Assembly (NCBI RefSeq): GCF_009914755.1
Contig: NC_060925.1
Origin: the human T2T-CHM13v2.0 reference genome, Homo sapiens
Reading direction: 5' to 3' (one strand)
DNA: 64,000 nucleotides
Under the pieces are notes generated by a model, which was not told where the DNA came from, did not search any database, and worked only from the letters and a program-made list of their open reading frames with translations. Numbering within the stretch: position 1 is the stretch's first letter; each line of letters opens with the position of its first letter. Below, in pieces: positions 30,300 to 43,260 of the stretch. A program made the position numbers and the translations under genes.

Positions 30300-30780
30300 T
30301 ATCCAAGCTTTCAAATTACTTTCTAAATTTTACATCATTTATGAGCATTAGACCCATAATATTGTATGATTTCTATTTCTATTAATTTAAATATTTGAAA
30401 AATAGCAAAGCATGCCACACAGTTGTATTGTAATTTCTTATTGGTAGACTTCTGTGTTATTTAGTTTTTGTCAATAACTATGAAACCATGGTCTGTTTGA
30501 CATCCTCTTTTATATATTGTTTTCTATGTAAGAATTAAGTAATTACAAATATTCCTACAAGTGAGATTACTGTCCCAAAGTTTGTGAACATTAGTGTATA
30601 CAAATTTATTTCAAAATATTTTTTACCAATTTTTTTTTGCAAATAACAATGCACTAGATTGTGTGTCTTATAACTTACCAGGACTGAATAATATTTTAAA
30701 AAACTATTTTCAAGCTTAATAAAGAAAAATGACAAATTGATGTTTTGATTTGACTTAATATGCTTACTAGTGGGTTTATT
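30300..30780 (-). mobile_element. Very old L1 (L1ME-like) fragment
   Basis: attcctacaagtgagattactg and ttttgatttgactt match antisense L1 ORF2 C-terminus; T-rich. Confidence 0.55.
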
Positions 30781-31721
30781 TTCTTACTCCTCATATGTCC
30801 TACTAGTGACAGGGTGAATATATTTAGTATCTGTCATTTCCTTTGATCCTTAGCTAGACAGATATGTATATGTTGATAAACTTGATTAAATGTAGAGGAC
30901 TCAAACAACAACAAAAAATTAACCCTATAGCCATGTGTTTGGAGGATATCACACAATGTATAAGCAGAAAATTAAAAGTCTCAGTTTGGCATTACTGAAG
31001 GAGAAAGAGAGATGTAAGTGGAAATAGCCTATATAAATATGGAAGAGTCCATCTCTGTGGAGCTAGATCCCCCATTGTAGGAACTGAAGTTATCTTTCAG
31101 GATTTACACAAGAGGATAACCAATACTCAATATATTGGCCATTTCACATTGCCACTATCTAGAATGCCAGCTGTTACATTCAATGAGCCCACTATCTTTT
31201 AAGGGACTAGAACAGAAAGCAGAAAGCAAAGAAATGAAGACATTAGAAATACCAAATGTATCTCCCATTACCTAGATAATTTTAATGACAGTTCCATTTT
31301 GGCCACATTTATTCCAATAACTGTCATATTTTCCCACTTCATTTGGCTCTATAGACACAATCATAGATATAAAGATGCATTTTTAAAGTGGGGGTGGGAG
31401 GAGGGAAACACCACTGTATTCCATGTATAAAAGAACTTATCCTTACTGTCCATTAGAAGACACTACAATGCTGATTTAAATTAAACTTAGGTCAACTGGT
31501 TGCCTAGTAGTAAGAACTAACCTCATATCCATCTAAATATAAATCTTAGTTGGTATTTATTTCAAAGGTTTGTTAGTTTATTTCAGGGGTGTTTAGTGGC
31601 TTTGGCATTCCTTTCAATAAGGCATACAGAAATTGTTCTTTATGTTATCAACTGCATTTATTCTTTCTCAAATATTAAAGCTAAATATTCTAGAAAATCC
31701 AAATTTCTTTATTCAGCCCAG

Positions 31722-32120
31722 TGATATGGTTTGGCTCTGTGTCCCTACACAAATCTCTTGTTGAATTGTGATTCCTAGTGTTGGAGGAAGGACCTGGTGG
31801 GAAGTGATTGAATAATGTGGGCATATGTCCCCCTTGCTGCTCTTGTGATAGAGTTCTCAAGAGATCTGGTTGTTTGAGGGTGTGTGGAACCTTCCCCTTC
31901 TCTCTCTCTCTCTCTCTTTCTCCCTCTCTCTCTCCTGCCAGCCATGTGAAGACATGCTTGCTTCCCCTTCACCTTCCACCATGACTGTAAGTTTTCTGAG
32001 GCCTCCCCAGTCATGCCTCTTGTACAACCTGTGGATCTGCATATCAATTAAACCTCTTTTCTTTATAAATTACCCAGTCCCAGGTACTTATTTATAGCAG
32101 TGTGAGAACAGACTAATTTA
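31722..32120 (+). mobile_element. THE1D/MSTA-type MaLR solo LTR
   Basis: tgatatggtttggctctgtgtcc...tttatagcagtgtgagaacagactaat. 5-bp TSD cccag/tccag; internal (CT)n tract. Confidence 0.92.
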
Positions 32121-33088
32121 TCCAGCATAATTGTTAAAGCAAAGAAGCTCTGATAGTTTATTTTCTGTTAAACGGAATTACGTAAAGGAGACAATGCAAG
32201 TCTCTACATGCTGAAACTGAATATGATTAGAATTATGGTTAAAATTCTGTCAATTAATTACAAATAATTCAAGAATTTTAACCCAAATCACATTACTCAC
32301 AACTCGATATTTATACTAATTCTACTAGGTATCATTTGAATCATTTGCAAAACAGTAAAGGAAGAAAATAACTGAATGACTTGTACTTATTAGAGATTGT
32401 TCACATAAATATAAATGACCAGTTGACAAATCATTGATTTTTCAGCCTTGTTCATGTTGCCCAAGACAATTAACATAAAAGCAGATGAACCCGTACTACA
32501 GTAATTCTAACTTATTAAATGTCATTAGAACGTCATTTATCAGGAAAAAAAAACAATACTCCCAAATCATTTTTGCTGGATTTCATTTTAGAGATTTTTA
32601 AAAAGCATTTATCATAATTTCAAAATGCAGGAGATCCATTAAGGCAGGGATACTATCATTCTTCCTGTCTACTGGAATATAGGGACCTGCATGTTCTTTG
32701 GCTTGTGGCATGTGTGTAGTAATTATTTGCTGGATTTTTAAATATTGCTGATATTCGATCTCTCATTTTAGTTCTAAGTAGAACCACAAAACTTCAGAGC
32801 TCAGAAGGCTGAATTTTATCTTATACTCGAAATTTTAGAACACATTTCAAAACTACATAACACCTCACCAACTCCAATACAATGAACCTATTTCTTTGCA
32901 CGTCATTAGGAAAATGTCACATCTCAAAGCTTCAGAGGACTTTGTGTAATAAATTTATTTCCTGAGCATGCTTTTGTGTTTTTTAAAGATTCAAGCTCAA
33001 GTTAAAGATTTGACTTATTATAATTAAAAGAAAAAGGAATATATGTTATTTCAATGCAAAGATCTAGAGAAAAATCTGTGCATCCAAA

Positions 33089-33440
33089 TCAGCCATAATA
33101 AAAGAATGAAATCATGTTTTTCACAGAAGCATAATAAATGGAACTGGAGGCCATCGTCTTAAATGAAATAACTCAGAAATACAAATAGCATATATTCTCA
33201 CTTATAGGTGGGAGCTACATAACGTGTACACATAGACATAAAGTGAGGAATAATAGACACGGAAGACTCTGAAGGGTAGGAGAATGGGAGGAGGGTGAGG
33301 GATGAGAAATTACTTAAGGTAAACAGTGTATACTTTTTGGGTGATGGTTACACTAAAAGCCCAGACTTTACCACTACACAATATATCCATGTATCTGCAC
33401 TCGTACCTCTAAATTTGTTCAAATTTTTAAAATATAATAA
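33089..33440 (+). mobile_element. L1PB4-like 3' end
   Basis: gatgagaaattactta...ggtgatggttacactaaaagcccagactttaccactacacaatatatccatgta. Confidence 0.85.
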
Positions 33441-33499
33441 ATATTTACCTATTGTAAAAGATAATAACATTTTTTTGTGTGGTGGACTTTAGAAATAAG

Positions 33500-33690
33500 A
33501 TTACACTTTCAGGTGGAACTGAAGCTGAAACCCAGCTCTTCTGCTTATTTCAAGTTCTCTACCCTTTTGAAAACCCATTTTCTTCATCTACAAAGTGATA
33601 CACTAATCCCTACTTCACATGGTTGTGATAATTAAATGAAATAATGCATGTAAGACACTAGCACAGTGTTTGGCAAGTAGAACAACCTCT
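33500..33690 (+). mobile_element. MIR SINE
   Basis: ttttcttcatctacaaagtg...ggttgtgataattaaatgaaataatgcatgtaagacactagcacagtg. Confidence 0.8.
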
Positions 33691-33692
33691 AC

Positions 33693-34104
33693 CGTTATGA
33701 ACTGAATTTTTGTGTTTCCCCCAAAATCATATGTTGAAATCTTAATCCCCAATGTGATGCTATTTGGAGACGGGGCTTTGGGAGGTAATTAGGGTTAGGT
33801 TAGGCCATGAGGGTGGGACCCTCATGATGAAATTAGTGGTCTTTCAAGAAGAGGAAGAAAGTGTTCTCTCTCTCTCTCTCTCGCCCCCCCCCCCACCCCC
33901 TATCTTCACCAAGGAATAGTCATGTGAGGACCAGAGAGAAGGCAGCCATCTTCAAGCCAGGAAGAGAGACCTCATCAGAGCTCAACAATGGCAGTGCCTT
34001 GACTTTGGACTTCCAGCCTCCAGAACTGTGAGAAGATAAATTTCTCTTGTTTCAGCCACCCAGTCTATGGCATTTTACTGTGGTAGCCCAAGATGACTAG
34101 GACA
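33693..34104 (+). mobile_element. MLT1A0-like MaLR solo LTR
   Basis: gttatgaactgaat...atatgttgaaatcttaatccccaatgtgatg...ttggacttccagcctccagaactgtgaga...gactaggaca. TSD tctac/cctac. Confidence 0.9.
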
Positions 34105-35021
34105 CCTACCATTCAACACTCTTTAAATGCTCAGGGGCAGTTCTTCATGAAGGCAGGTAACTTAATAAACTCTAAAGTCTGCTCCAAGCCATAGACTTTT
34201 GATTGTCTACTGTGAACTGTCCAGTTGAATTCCCACAGGGTGACTTGATCAACTTTCCAATCATGCTTATCCTGTCAGCTTTGAACTGACCCATGACATT
34301 TCAGATTGGAAGTAAAAAGTCTAGATCTTAAAGTATATTCTTTATATTAACCACTTCTTTTGAATAAATCTAAATACTACCGAAAATTTTATACATGTAA
34401 CATAAAATAATCATGACAAATATAACATAAAATCGTTTTAAAGTTTAATTTTAAGGTAATTCTTCACTGGGAAAATTCAAGCTATTTTGATGTTTTAGGA
34501 ACTATGTCAAGATAATCAGAAACCCATTATTTGGATGAAACAAACAGGAGAGTATTATTAGCTACAAGGGATCTATACAAAATAACTCTGCTTTTAGTTC
34601 CATCACTGTGGAATTTGGAGAACTTTTATAGCATTCTGTGGGATGTTGTCAATTGTTTTGATAGTTTACAGAAAGAATACTGATGCATGCAGGTGTGTGT
34701 ATACCAGATACAGAGGTGTTGGCAGCCAGACTATTTTACTGTGGAATAACTCTGTGATCACTTCTTGGTCTGCTACAGAACAAACCAAAATAAGAGTTCT
34801 CTCCTCACTTCTTCATGCTTGTGTAACCGTCCAGAAAGAGCGTGACCATGTAGGATGTCATTAGGCCCAGTTTTCATCCCTGTTAAATTGCAGGCCGCAG
34901 TTCTCTGTAGCTTCAGGAGGGTCAGGCTGCTGTAATGTTTAAGGGACATTAAGTAAGGACAGTTGGGAATGCCAGCTCTGCCAGTCAAGCATTAGGAAGG
35001 GTCAGAGTGTAGTCACCTGCC

Positions 35022-35325
35022 TATTCCCTCTTCCCCTTATCCACATCACAGATTGTGACACTAATCTCTGAAGCCAGTCTCAATTTACTATAAAGAAATG
35101 TCTCCTATGTTTTCTTAGCCAGTGTAATTCTCAGGCTGAAGTTCCAACTGCTTCCAGGGCTAGCACAGTTGTTAATAAGTGGGCTGGATTTTTTTTTTTT
35201 ACCCTTGATTTAGTTTTCTGCTGATCTTCAGCATGGCGGAGAGTGATGCGGTAACAATTTAAGCCCTTGCACAAGATGAGTGAAATGAAGAAGATGCAAA
35301 ATCTAGCTAATTCTAGTCTTTCTTT
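35022..35325 (+). repeat. Left arm of a 304-bp inverted repeat
   Basis: Aligns ungapped to the reverse complement of 36095-36398 with 22 mismatches by manual count. Confidence 0.97.
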
Positions 35326-36094
35326 CTTTGAGATGGCTGATATTTCCTGTCTGCCTCTTGAGTGATTAATAATGCAGTGGCTGATTCTTCTTTACCCAGA
35401 GGGTTATTGTCATCCTTGGTAGAGTTTGACATTTTACACTTTAAGTAAGCACACCCTTAGGTGAGGAGACACCAAGAGACGAATTTCCTTATTAAAAGAT
35501 GTCACCAAAAGAGCAAGTCAACAAATATGCCACTGCCAAGAAACAACCAACAGACTAAATAGAAGGAGAAAATGAAACAGAGTAACTTGGGAGAGGAGGG
35601 GAGGACAAAGAAAAGAGGAGGAAAGAAAGATGAAGAGTAGAGAAAAGAGGTTGTGTATCACAGCACAGTAGGAATAGAGGGAAGTGATAAGCTATTCTCA
35701 GTGGGAAGGGCACAGTTCAGGATACTCAATTATCTCTTGCCACTGTTAAGTATGAACACAGGGCTCAATATCTGTATCATTTATGGGTGAGTGTTGGTGG
35801 GCCTCAATTGGGCTGTCATGGCTAATTTAAAAGGAAAAGATTGTGTATATTTTATTTGATATTTTGAGGAAGTTAATAGAGAAACAATGGCACATCATAA
35901 GCTCACGTCCACGGCATGGATAGCAATTTACAACACTAAAGTAGAATGGCTGGAAGATTTGATGCAGGTGTCTCAGAAGCAGGAGTCAGAAGGGAGGGAG
36001 TGAGGGCTCCACAGGAATGATTCACATTGATCTTCTCTGCTAATCCTTTCACTGAAAGGAATTTCTCATGTGGCCACGTTAGATATTAGGCTAT

Positions 36095-36398
36095 AAAGAA
36101 AGACTAAAATGAGCTAGATTTTGCAACTTCTTCATTTCATTCATCTTGTGCAAGGGCCTAAATTTTTACTGCATCACTCTCCACCATTCTGAAGATCAGC
36201 AGAAAACTAAATCAAGGGTAAAAAAAAAAAATCCAGCCCACTTATTAACAACTGTGCTGGCCCTGGAAGCAGCTGGAACTTCAGTTTGAGAATTACACTG
36301 GCTAAGAAAATATAGGAGATATTTCTTTGTAGTAAATTGAGACTGGCTTCAGAGATTAGTGTCACAATCCATGATGCAGACGAGGGGAAGAGGGAATA
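36095..36398 (-). repeat. Right arm of a 304-bp inverted repeat
   Basis: Reverse complement of 35022-35325, about 93% identical. Confidence 0.97.
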
Positions 36399-36469
36399 TT
36401 AGATCAGGGCCCCAGACCTCAGTCATATATGAACTGAGATGTATAATTACACTAATTTTGCCACTATGG

Positions 36470-38075
36470 TTTATTTATTCATATATCTAATATTTATTGA
36501 GCATCTGCTCTATGGCTAGCACTGTTCTTAGGACTGGAGATAAAGCAGTAAAACAACAACAACAAACACCAAGAAAATTCTTTGCTCCACTAAGCTTAAA
36601 CTCTTGCAGAGAAGAAAGAAATTCAATGAGATAAATAAGTAAAATATATTATGTAATATTAGACATTGATTAACACTTAGATAAACAAAACAGTGACATG
36701 GGGCTAGAAAATGTTGAGAGTAATGGTAAAAAGATCTGAAAATATCAAGCAAGCTGCGTGGATTCCTGGTTCACGAGAAAATGAGAAAAGTGACATTGAA
36801 GACAGTGAGCTATACAACTCTTCATAGTTATATCTCAACAAGAAGGATAAAAGATTGGAGTGGTATACGGAAGGTGGGTAACAAGGGTAATGGTTTGCTT
36901 TTGTTTTGCTTTGTTCTACTTAAAAATTATATATGTATAAATTTTATATATTTTTATATATATTTTGCAATTTAAACAGCTAGAGGAGAACACACAATTA
37001 GGCTTATTGGTCTCATTTAAAAATCGTTATTGCTAACCTCAAATGATTGCTCAATAGCATATATGTTCAAGGCTATCCCCTTTTCTGTCCATCTTGTCTG
37101 AGGCTATATCTATAGATATATAGATAGATATAGATATAGATGTAGATATATGCAGTTCAGAGGAGTGAGGGTCCATAGGTACTAGTGCTTATAAGGATGC
37201 AAGTATGTTAGTAATTGCTCAAGGAAGTTTTTTGGCAGTGAAATAGAAAACAAACTCATCAACTAAGAGTGAGGAGAGTAAGAAGCCGTTAGACATTCCA
37301 GGAGAGAGGAGAAGGCATAAATAATTTTTTAAGAGATCTATAAGTGAACAGATACAAAAAATATAGTACTATTGCCAGATAGCATTAGGAGCCCATTTGA
37401 GGTTAGCAATAATGATTTTAAAATGGGACCAATCAGCACAGTTGTGTGTTCTCCTCAAGCCATTTCAGTTGCAAGTGAGCAGGTGCAATATATACTGAGA
37501 GTTAAAATACTCAAGAGTTGTGGTTTAGCCAAAGAAGTACAATAAAGAATACTAAGTGCAAGGGAGCTGAAGGCATTTTCAAAGGAATAATTGTAATTTT
37601 TAACTGAGAATTTAAGCCAGGTGAGAAGGTAAGTAAGACTACAAGTGTGAGGACAGAATATGAAAATGTATTAGCATCAACTGATATATATGTGTATACA
37701 TATACATATACTATAAATTATATATATATATACACATACACACACACACCAATTAGACTTAATCCTTAAAAGACATAGGGAGTCAGAGTGTGAGCACTAG
37801 GAAGGTAGAGAGTAATCGTCAAAGAATAGAATACATCAAACTGAGATGCTGAGATGTTATAATCACTGATAATGCCAAGATCTAAGGCATGAACATGGAA
37901 GTAGATGAATTATTTAAGACAAAGGATAAGATCATTGAAAGAGAGAGGGACATAGAACTAAAATGCCACAGGGTATTTGAAAAGACATCAAAATGGACAT
38001 TGAAATCACCAAGAAGGATGAAAAAGTAGTGCTTTAGTGAATGATAATAAACCAGGAGCAAAAACTCATCAAGGA
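36470..38075 (-). mobile_element. L2 LINE: 3' end at about 36470-36720 plus body fragments to about 38075, interspersed with simple repeats
   Basis: tatttattgagcatctgctctatggctagcactgttcttagg (L2 3' end, antisense) and cattgaaatcaccaagaa. Confidence 0.65.
37105..37152 (+). repeat. (GATATA)n repeat
   Basis: Read directly. Confidence 0.9.
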
Positions 38076-38499
38076 GTAAGTATTTATTTTAAAAAATGAG
38101 ACAAAGTAAATATTGACAATGGGGCTAGGACCTTTTTCATGCAGGATACAGACATCAAGAGTTCAAATCTAATTGTTCTCTCTTTGGGGAAATTCATTTT
38201 CATGCATGATACTATCATTTTGTCCACACCAAATATATATATTGTATGCAAAATATATAGTCTCTAATAGACTAATAGATTATTAGAAAAGACCTTTTCT
38301 TCTCTTTAGATGTTCTCCGAACCTGTCAGTGGTTTTAGGCCAGAGCTTCTCAAATGCCTCTATTGGAATTTCCCGGGGCAGAAAATTACAAACATGTACC
38401 CAGTTCTTAAGACGGAGCCCAAAGCAGCAAACCTGAGGTACAAGTTGAGGTTAACTGTTTTACTTTTAAAATCAATTAAAACCAGTGTTTGTCTTTATA

Positions 38500-38812
38500 T
38501 GTACTAGTCAGGTAAGTAACAAGTGATATGAGCTACTAAACAAACAACTCTCAAATCTCAGTGTATTCGTTTATTTCTTGCTCATATGACAGTACAATGC
38601 AGGTTGTCTTCTCAGTGGTTCTACCATCTGGGAGGGGCTTATAATCCTCCACTGGATGGTCTGCCTATGCCTGAGGAAAAAGAAAAAACATTGAGGAACT
38701 TGTGGAAGTTACAATTCATGCACAGAAGTGGTAGAATTACTTCCACCCACATTCCCTTGTCCAGGACTCAGTCACATGGTCCCACCTCACTGCAGGGAGG
38801 CTGGAAATGTAA
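38500..38812 (-). mobile_element. Old MLT1 (K/L-like) LTR
   Basis: caaatctcagtg...tttatttcttgctcat; cacattcccttgtccaggactcagtcacatggtcccacctcactgcagggaggctggaaatgta. Confidence 0.75.
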
Positions 38813-39103
38813 TAGAGTGTATAACAAAATAGATTCAGGTATACTTAATGTAGCTTGTTTTATATATAATATGTGAATATACAGTATTCAATGTGCAATA
38901 CAAGTAATATTTTAAATTATTCTCTCAAGCAAAATGGAAGTTAGAGAAAGATAAGAAGTGCCATGTTTATCCTGTGGCTTCTCAAACCTCCTTTACAAAG
39001 TCAGCAGGAGGATCACAGAGTGAGAAACAAGAGTATGCTAAACAATGATGTGGGGAAAATGTTCCCCTCCCTAAATTTTCTGGGCAATCATGGCAAATCA
39101 TAT

Positions 39104-39861
39104 TGATACAGACAGAACACACGGAAATACCGGGCAGAAGAGGGCAGTTCCCTGGCAAAGGCCTCACCCTCAAGTCTGGAAACCCACACCCTAAATGGTA
39201 ACAGGCATTTGTTTTCATGCCCAAAAGTTGCCTTTTGGCCGGCCATGCCCCCTTATCCTGAACCCATATAAACTCCAAACCCCAGGCTCCAAGAGCAGAT
39301 GAACAGAAGAGTGACAGAGCAGCAGAATGGCATGGCAGAGAAGGAGAGAAGAGAAGGAATGTCTGAACATCGAGAGGAGTTCGGCTGGGGACGGTAGGAG
39401 AGGAGTTTGGCCGCTGCACAGCCAGACCCCAGGGGAAGATCATCTTCCCACTCCAGCCCCTTTCCAGCTCCCCATCCATCCTGCTGAGAGTCATTTCCAC
39501 CACTTGATAAAACCCCTACATTCACCATCCTTCAAGTCCACGCATGACCCGATTCTTCCTGGATGCCAGACAAGAAACCGAGTACTAAGAGGGCACTGAG
39601 CTGGTTAACCCTTAAGCCATCTGCAAATGGTAGCGCTAAAGGAGCACTGTAGCACACCCACTGGGGCCTTGGGAGTCACAGGCACCCATCCCTAGATGCC
39701 ACTGTGGGGCCGGAGCCCAAAAGTGCTCGTCCCAGCTCCTGCACCTGCCCAACTGTGTGCTCTCCCTCCCGTAAGGGGTTTGAGCACATGGTGGCCCGAA
39801 CAGACGAGCCACACCCCTGTCATACATCCTGCAAGAAGTGCCAGGGAACTCTCCCATTTCG
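39104..39861 (+). mobile_element. ERV1 solo LTR of the LTR27/LTR28/MER52 group
   Basis: tgatacagacag...gaaataccgggcagaagagggcagttccctggcaaaggcctcaccctcaag...ccagggaactctcccatttc. TATA-like catataaa near 39265; 4-bp TSD atat/ctat. Confidence 0.85.
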
Positions 39862-40807
39862 CTATTATGATTCACTTTGCTTCTCTAGGTAAATAGGAGT
39901 AATAACTGAGAATACCATCCTATATCCCTGAGAAGTAAAAATCCATTTCTGTGACAATATACAAAGTCCCTACAGAGTAGTACCACGCTAAACAAATGGC
40001 TTACTCATTGCATTGATATTCCAAATAACTTTTGTTCTTTCTTCTCCAGAAGTGAATTTTCAATGATTGCATCTGAAATTAGTAACTTTCCTTTGTATAT
40101 TAATCTGCCTTTTTTCAGATTATTGACTATTGCTGGTAACATTTCATTTCCAGGGAGCTGCAAGATTTGTTTTCATTCACAAGGTCTGCTCATTAGGAAT
40201 TTAATCTAAATCTGATGGTGTTTCACAAAATATTTCTCTTTATTACTGATCCATTGTACTTGTATTACTGTACATTGAATAGTTAAGTCAGCAATATTTA
40301 AGATTCAATCATTACAATGAATTGATGTTGATATACTCAAAATGAAAAAGTAGCTTAAGGAAAATAATCCTCAAAATATCTGAATTATGGGGGTGAGATT
40401 TATATGAGAAAATATAGGAAATTTGCTTATTATAAACTTAATTTAAACCAATATTTATAAAACTTGGAATTTAAACAAATATTGGAAATAATTTTCATTT
40501 CACCCTCTGTCAATTGTCACAATTATAGATGTTAAAGTGCTAAATTATAGAGAGTTTTAGACTCCTGAAAACCTCCCTCTACTGTCTATCCTCTCTTCAA
40601 TTCTTACTGCATCAAAATATTCATTTTTCCTTTTCTCTTCTATTCCCTGCCCTTTCTTCGAAAGGAAGAAGGAGGACAGAGGACTGAGACTGCGGTGGGT
40701 CAAAAAGGCAACAGTAGAGGACAGTGCTGAAGGGGCAAGAAGATGAAGGAAGGGTTGGTGAAGCTAAGGGTTACAGAGATAGCCAAAATGACTGAGAGAT
40801 TAATCAT

Positions 40808-41166
40808 TGGAGGAGTCTGTTCTCATGCTGCTAATAAAGACAGACCTGAGACTGGATAATTTACAAAGGAAAAAGGTTTGACTCACAAATTCCGTATGGC
40901 TGGGGAGGCCTCACAGTCACTGTGGAAAGAATGAGGAGCAAAGTCACATCTTACATGGCAGCAGGCAAGAGAGTGTGTGCAGGGGAAGTCTTCTTTATAA
41001 AACCATCAGATGTTGTGAGACTTATTCACTATCATGAGAACAGCATGGGAAAGAACCACCCCCATGATTCAATTATCTCCCACCAGGTTCCTCCCACAAC
41101 ACATGGGAATTATGGGAGCTACAATTCAAGATGAGATTTGGGTGGGGACACAGCCAAACCATATCA
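40808..41166 (-). mobile_element. THE1C/THE1B-type MaLR solo LTR
   Basis: gttctcatgctgctaataaagac...gagatttgggtggggacacagccaaaccatatca. TSD atcat/gtcat. Confidence 0.93.
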
Positions 41167-41174
41167 GTCATCTG

Positions 41175-43260
41175 CAGGAGATGGATCAAATACATCAACG
41201 TTTCACATAGTGGGAGTCAAGTTTCACTGTCCCAAAAAAACCTTACAAATATGAAAAGGGGGAAAACTAGAAATACCTCTGAGATATTGAAATAGACAAT
41301 GGAGGTAAGGTGTCAATTCGTGATTTTAAAAATACATAGGTATAGAAAGATTTAGAAATATAGATACATATCTGTGTGTATATATGCATATATGTGTGTA
41401 TAAATACATATTTTCCTAGTGATATCTTCTGTGAGTGCAAATAAGCAATGACACCTGAGTAGCAATGAACACACTTAGCATAAGATCTTTGTTTCCAAGT
41501 ACCAGAACCAGGGTTTCCTGGGGAAATGGCTAATTCAAGGGCTGGGATAAGGAAAGCATAAAATGATCCTCAAGTACCTTGTTCTAGAAATGAATGAAGT
41601 GCTCAAAGAATGATGTAGGCATATTAAAAGGACATAGAAATATCTTGAATGGGAACTTGGCAATTCTGGGACAGTTTGAGTGTCAAATAAATGATGACAG
41701 AGATATACTAAATAAACTGAATAAAATAAGAATCAGGATTCATACAAATATATACCAAGAAGGAAGAAAGGAGGAAAGAAATAGAAAGAAAATTGATAAG
41801 ATGATTTACAGCAGAATACTAACTAATAAAGAAAGAATGATGAAAATTAAAATGATGGAAATGGGAAATGACTCTGAAAGAAGATACACACAGTTGCTCA
41901 TATTGGTGGATGGATGTTGAGTGAGAAAAAGGATATTCACATAATGCCAGGTATTTTTTTTTTACAATGTACATACCAAATTACAAAGGTAAAAATGGTG
42001 AATTTATGGTGGACAAACATAGCACCATCACCAAGATCAAACACCTGTAATTTTTAAAGACTTTCAAGGTCATAAAATATATAGAAAACACCCTGAGGTA
42101 TGATTTTAAATTGAAGGACAAACACAATGTCTGAAAGCAAAATGTTGTCTTGGAAAAAACCTGGACCAGAAGAGAAAAAGGGACTTTACTGGGTCTTGTA
42201 ACCCAATGGACACAGTCTTGCATCCATGTCTATTTCTTCATTTGGAAGGTTGTATTGCCATTAAGATAAGGTCCTTGCTTGGGGAAAATACATTGGACTA
42301 CTTAGGTATGATGGAGGTAATATGTCTATAACTTGATTTCAAATGGCCAAGAAAAAGAATAAAAATAATGGATCAGGTTATTAATTTATTATCTCTCAAC
42401 TCTAAATTTGACTTTTATTGCCTGCTCTGCAAAAGTGAATCTGGGCCTTTAATTTTTTCTTTGCCAGCTGGCGAAAAGACTTATCAATAAAGGGAAATAG
42501 AGAGGTGCTACAGGAGAAAGGAGCTTTGTTTCCTGATTCCAGTGTGCACACTTCGCAGGCCTCTGCAGAGCAGATGGCTTCTCCAAAGCCTGGTTTCTGC
42601 AGCACACATAGTTTTCCCAGCATCCAGCACCCAGCTCTCACAGCACAAGCAGCTTCCCCAGGGCTCAGCTCTTAAAGCATGCACAACTTCTCCAGCACCT
42701 GATTTATGCAGTGCATGGTGGCTAAAAGCACCAGAAACCAACAGGTTCCACCTGCAACCCCTTCCAGTGGTTTTATAGTAGAGTGCCTCCAGGGATACAG
42801 GTCCCTGTGAACAATTTTCCCTGGCACAGCAGTGGGCAAATTTTCAGCAAGTTAATGAGCCATGGCCATGTCCTCTTCAACAACTTCTGGATCTCAGCCC
42901 TAGAGGGGTTCTTCCTTGAGCACTTTAGCTCAGTCCTAAGTAGTAGCTCCTTTTATATCTATTATTCCTATATTATTTAAAATTCTCCTGACTTTTTACT
43001 AGCCAGTTCCTCATTTCTACAATCCCTTGTTATAGTGATTCTTTACATTAAACTTTTCCTCTTCAAATTGCTATATAAATAGATCTTTAATAGCAATAAA
43101 TTTGGATATATAAAGAGAGGTATACATAGATATAGAGAACATGGGGATTGTAATGGATGTGATATTATATGATAAATATGATAAAACATTGATTGAGGAA
43201 TCTGTATAAAGAGAATATGAATATTCCTTGCACAGTCCTTACAATTTTTAGAAATAAGTA
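41175..43260 (+). mobile_element. L1MC-type 3'UTR fragments, interrupted by a MER74-type LTR
   Basis: agcaatgacacctgagtagcaatgaacacacttagc and aaatggctaattcaagggctggg...gaagtgctcaaagaatgatg. Confidence 0.75.
42372..43075 (+). mobile_element. MER74-family ERVL LTR
   Basis: gttattaatttattatctctcaactctaaatt...ttattgcctgctctg...tctgggccttta...ttgccagctgg...attaaacttttcctcttcaaatt. Confidence 0.75.

Noticed and set aside
35022-36398. Inverted repeat as a DNA transposon with long TIRs, or as a pre-miRNA
   Set aside because: There is no flanking TSD, no recognisable TIR end and no transposase remnant in the spacer. The 769-bp loop is incompatible with a miRNA hairpin.
38982-39896. Cluster of overlapping ORFs up to 173 aa
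   Set aside because: They lie in a GC-richer solo LTR and show no recognisable protein similarity.
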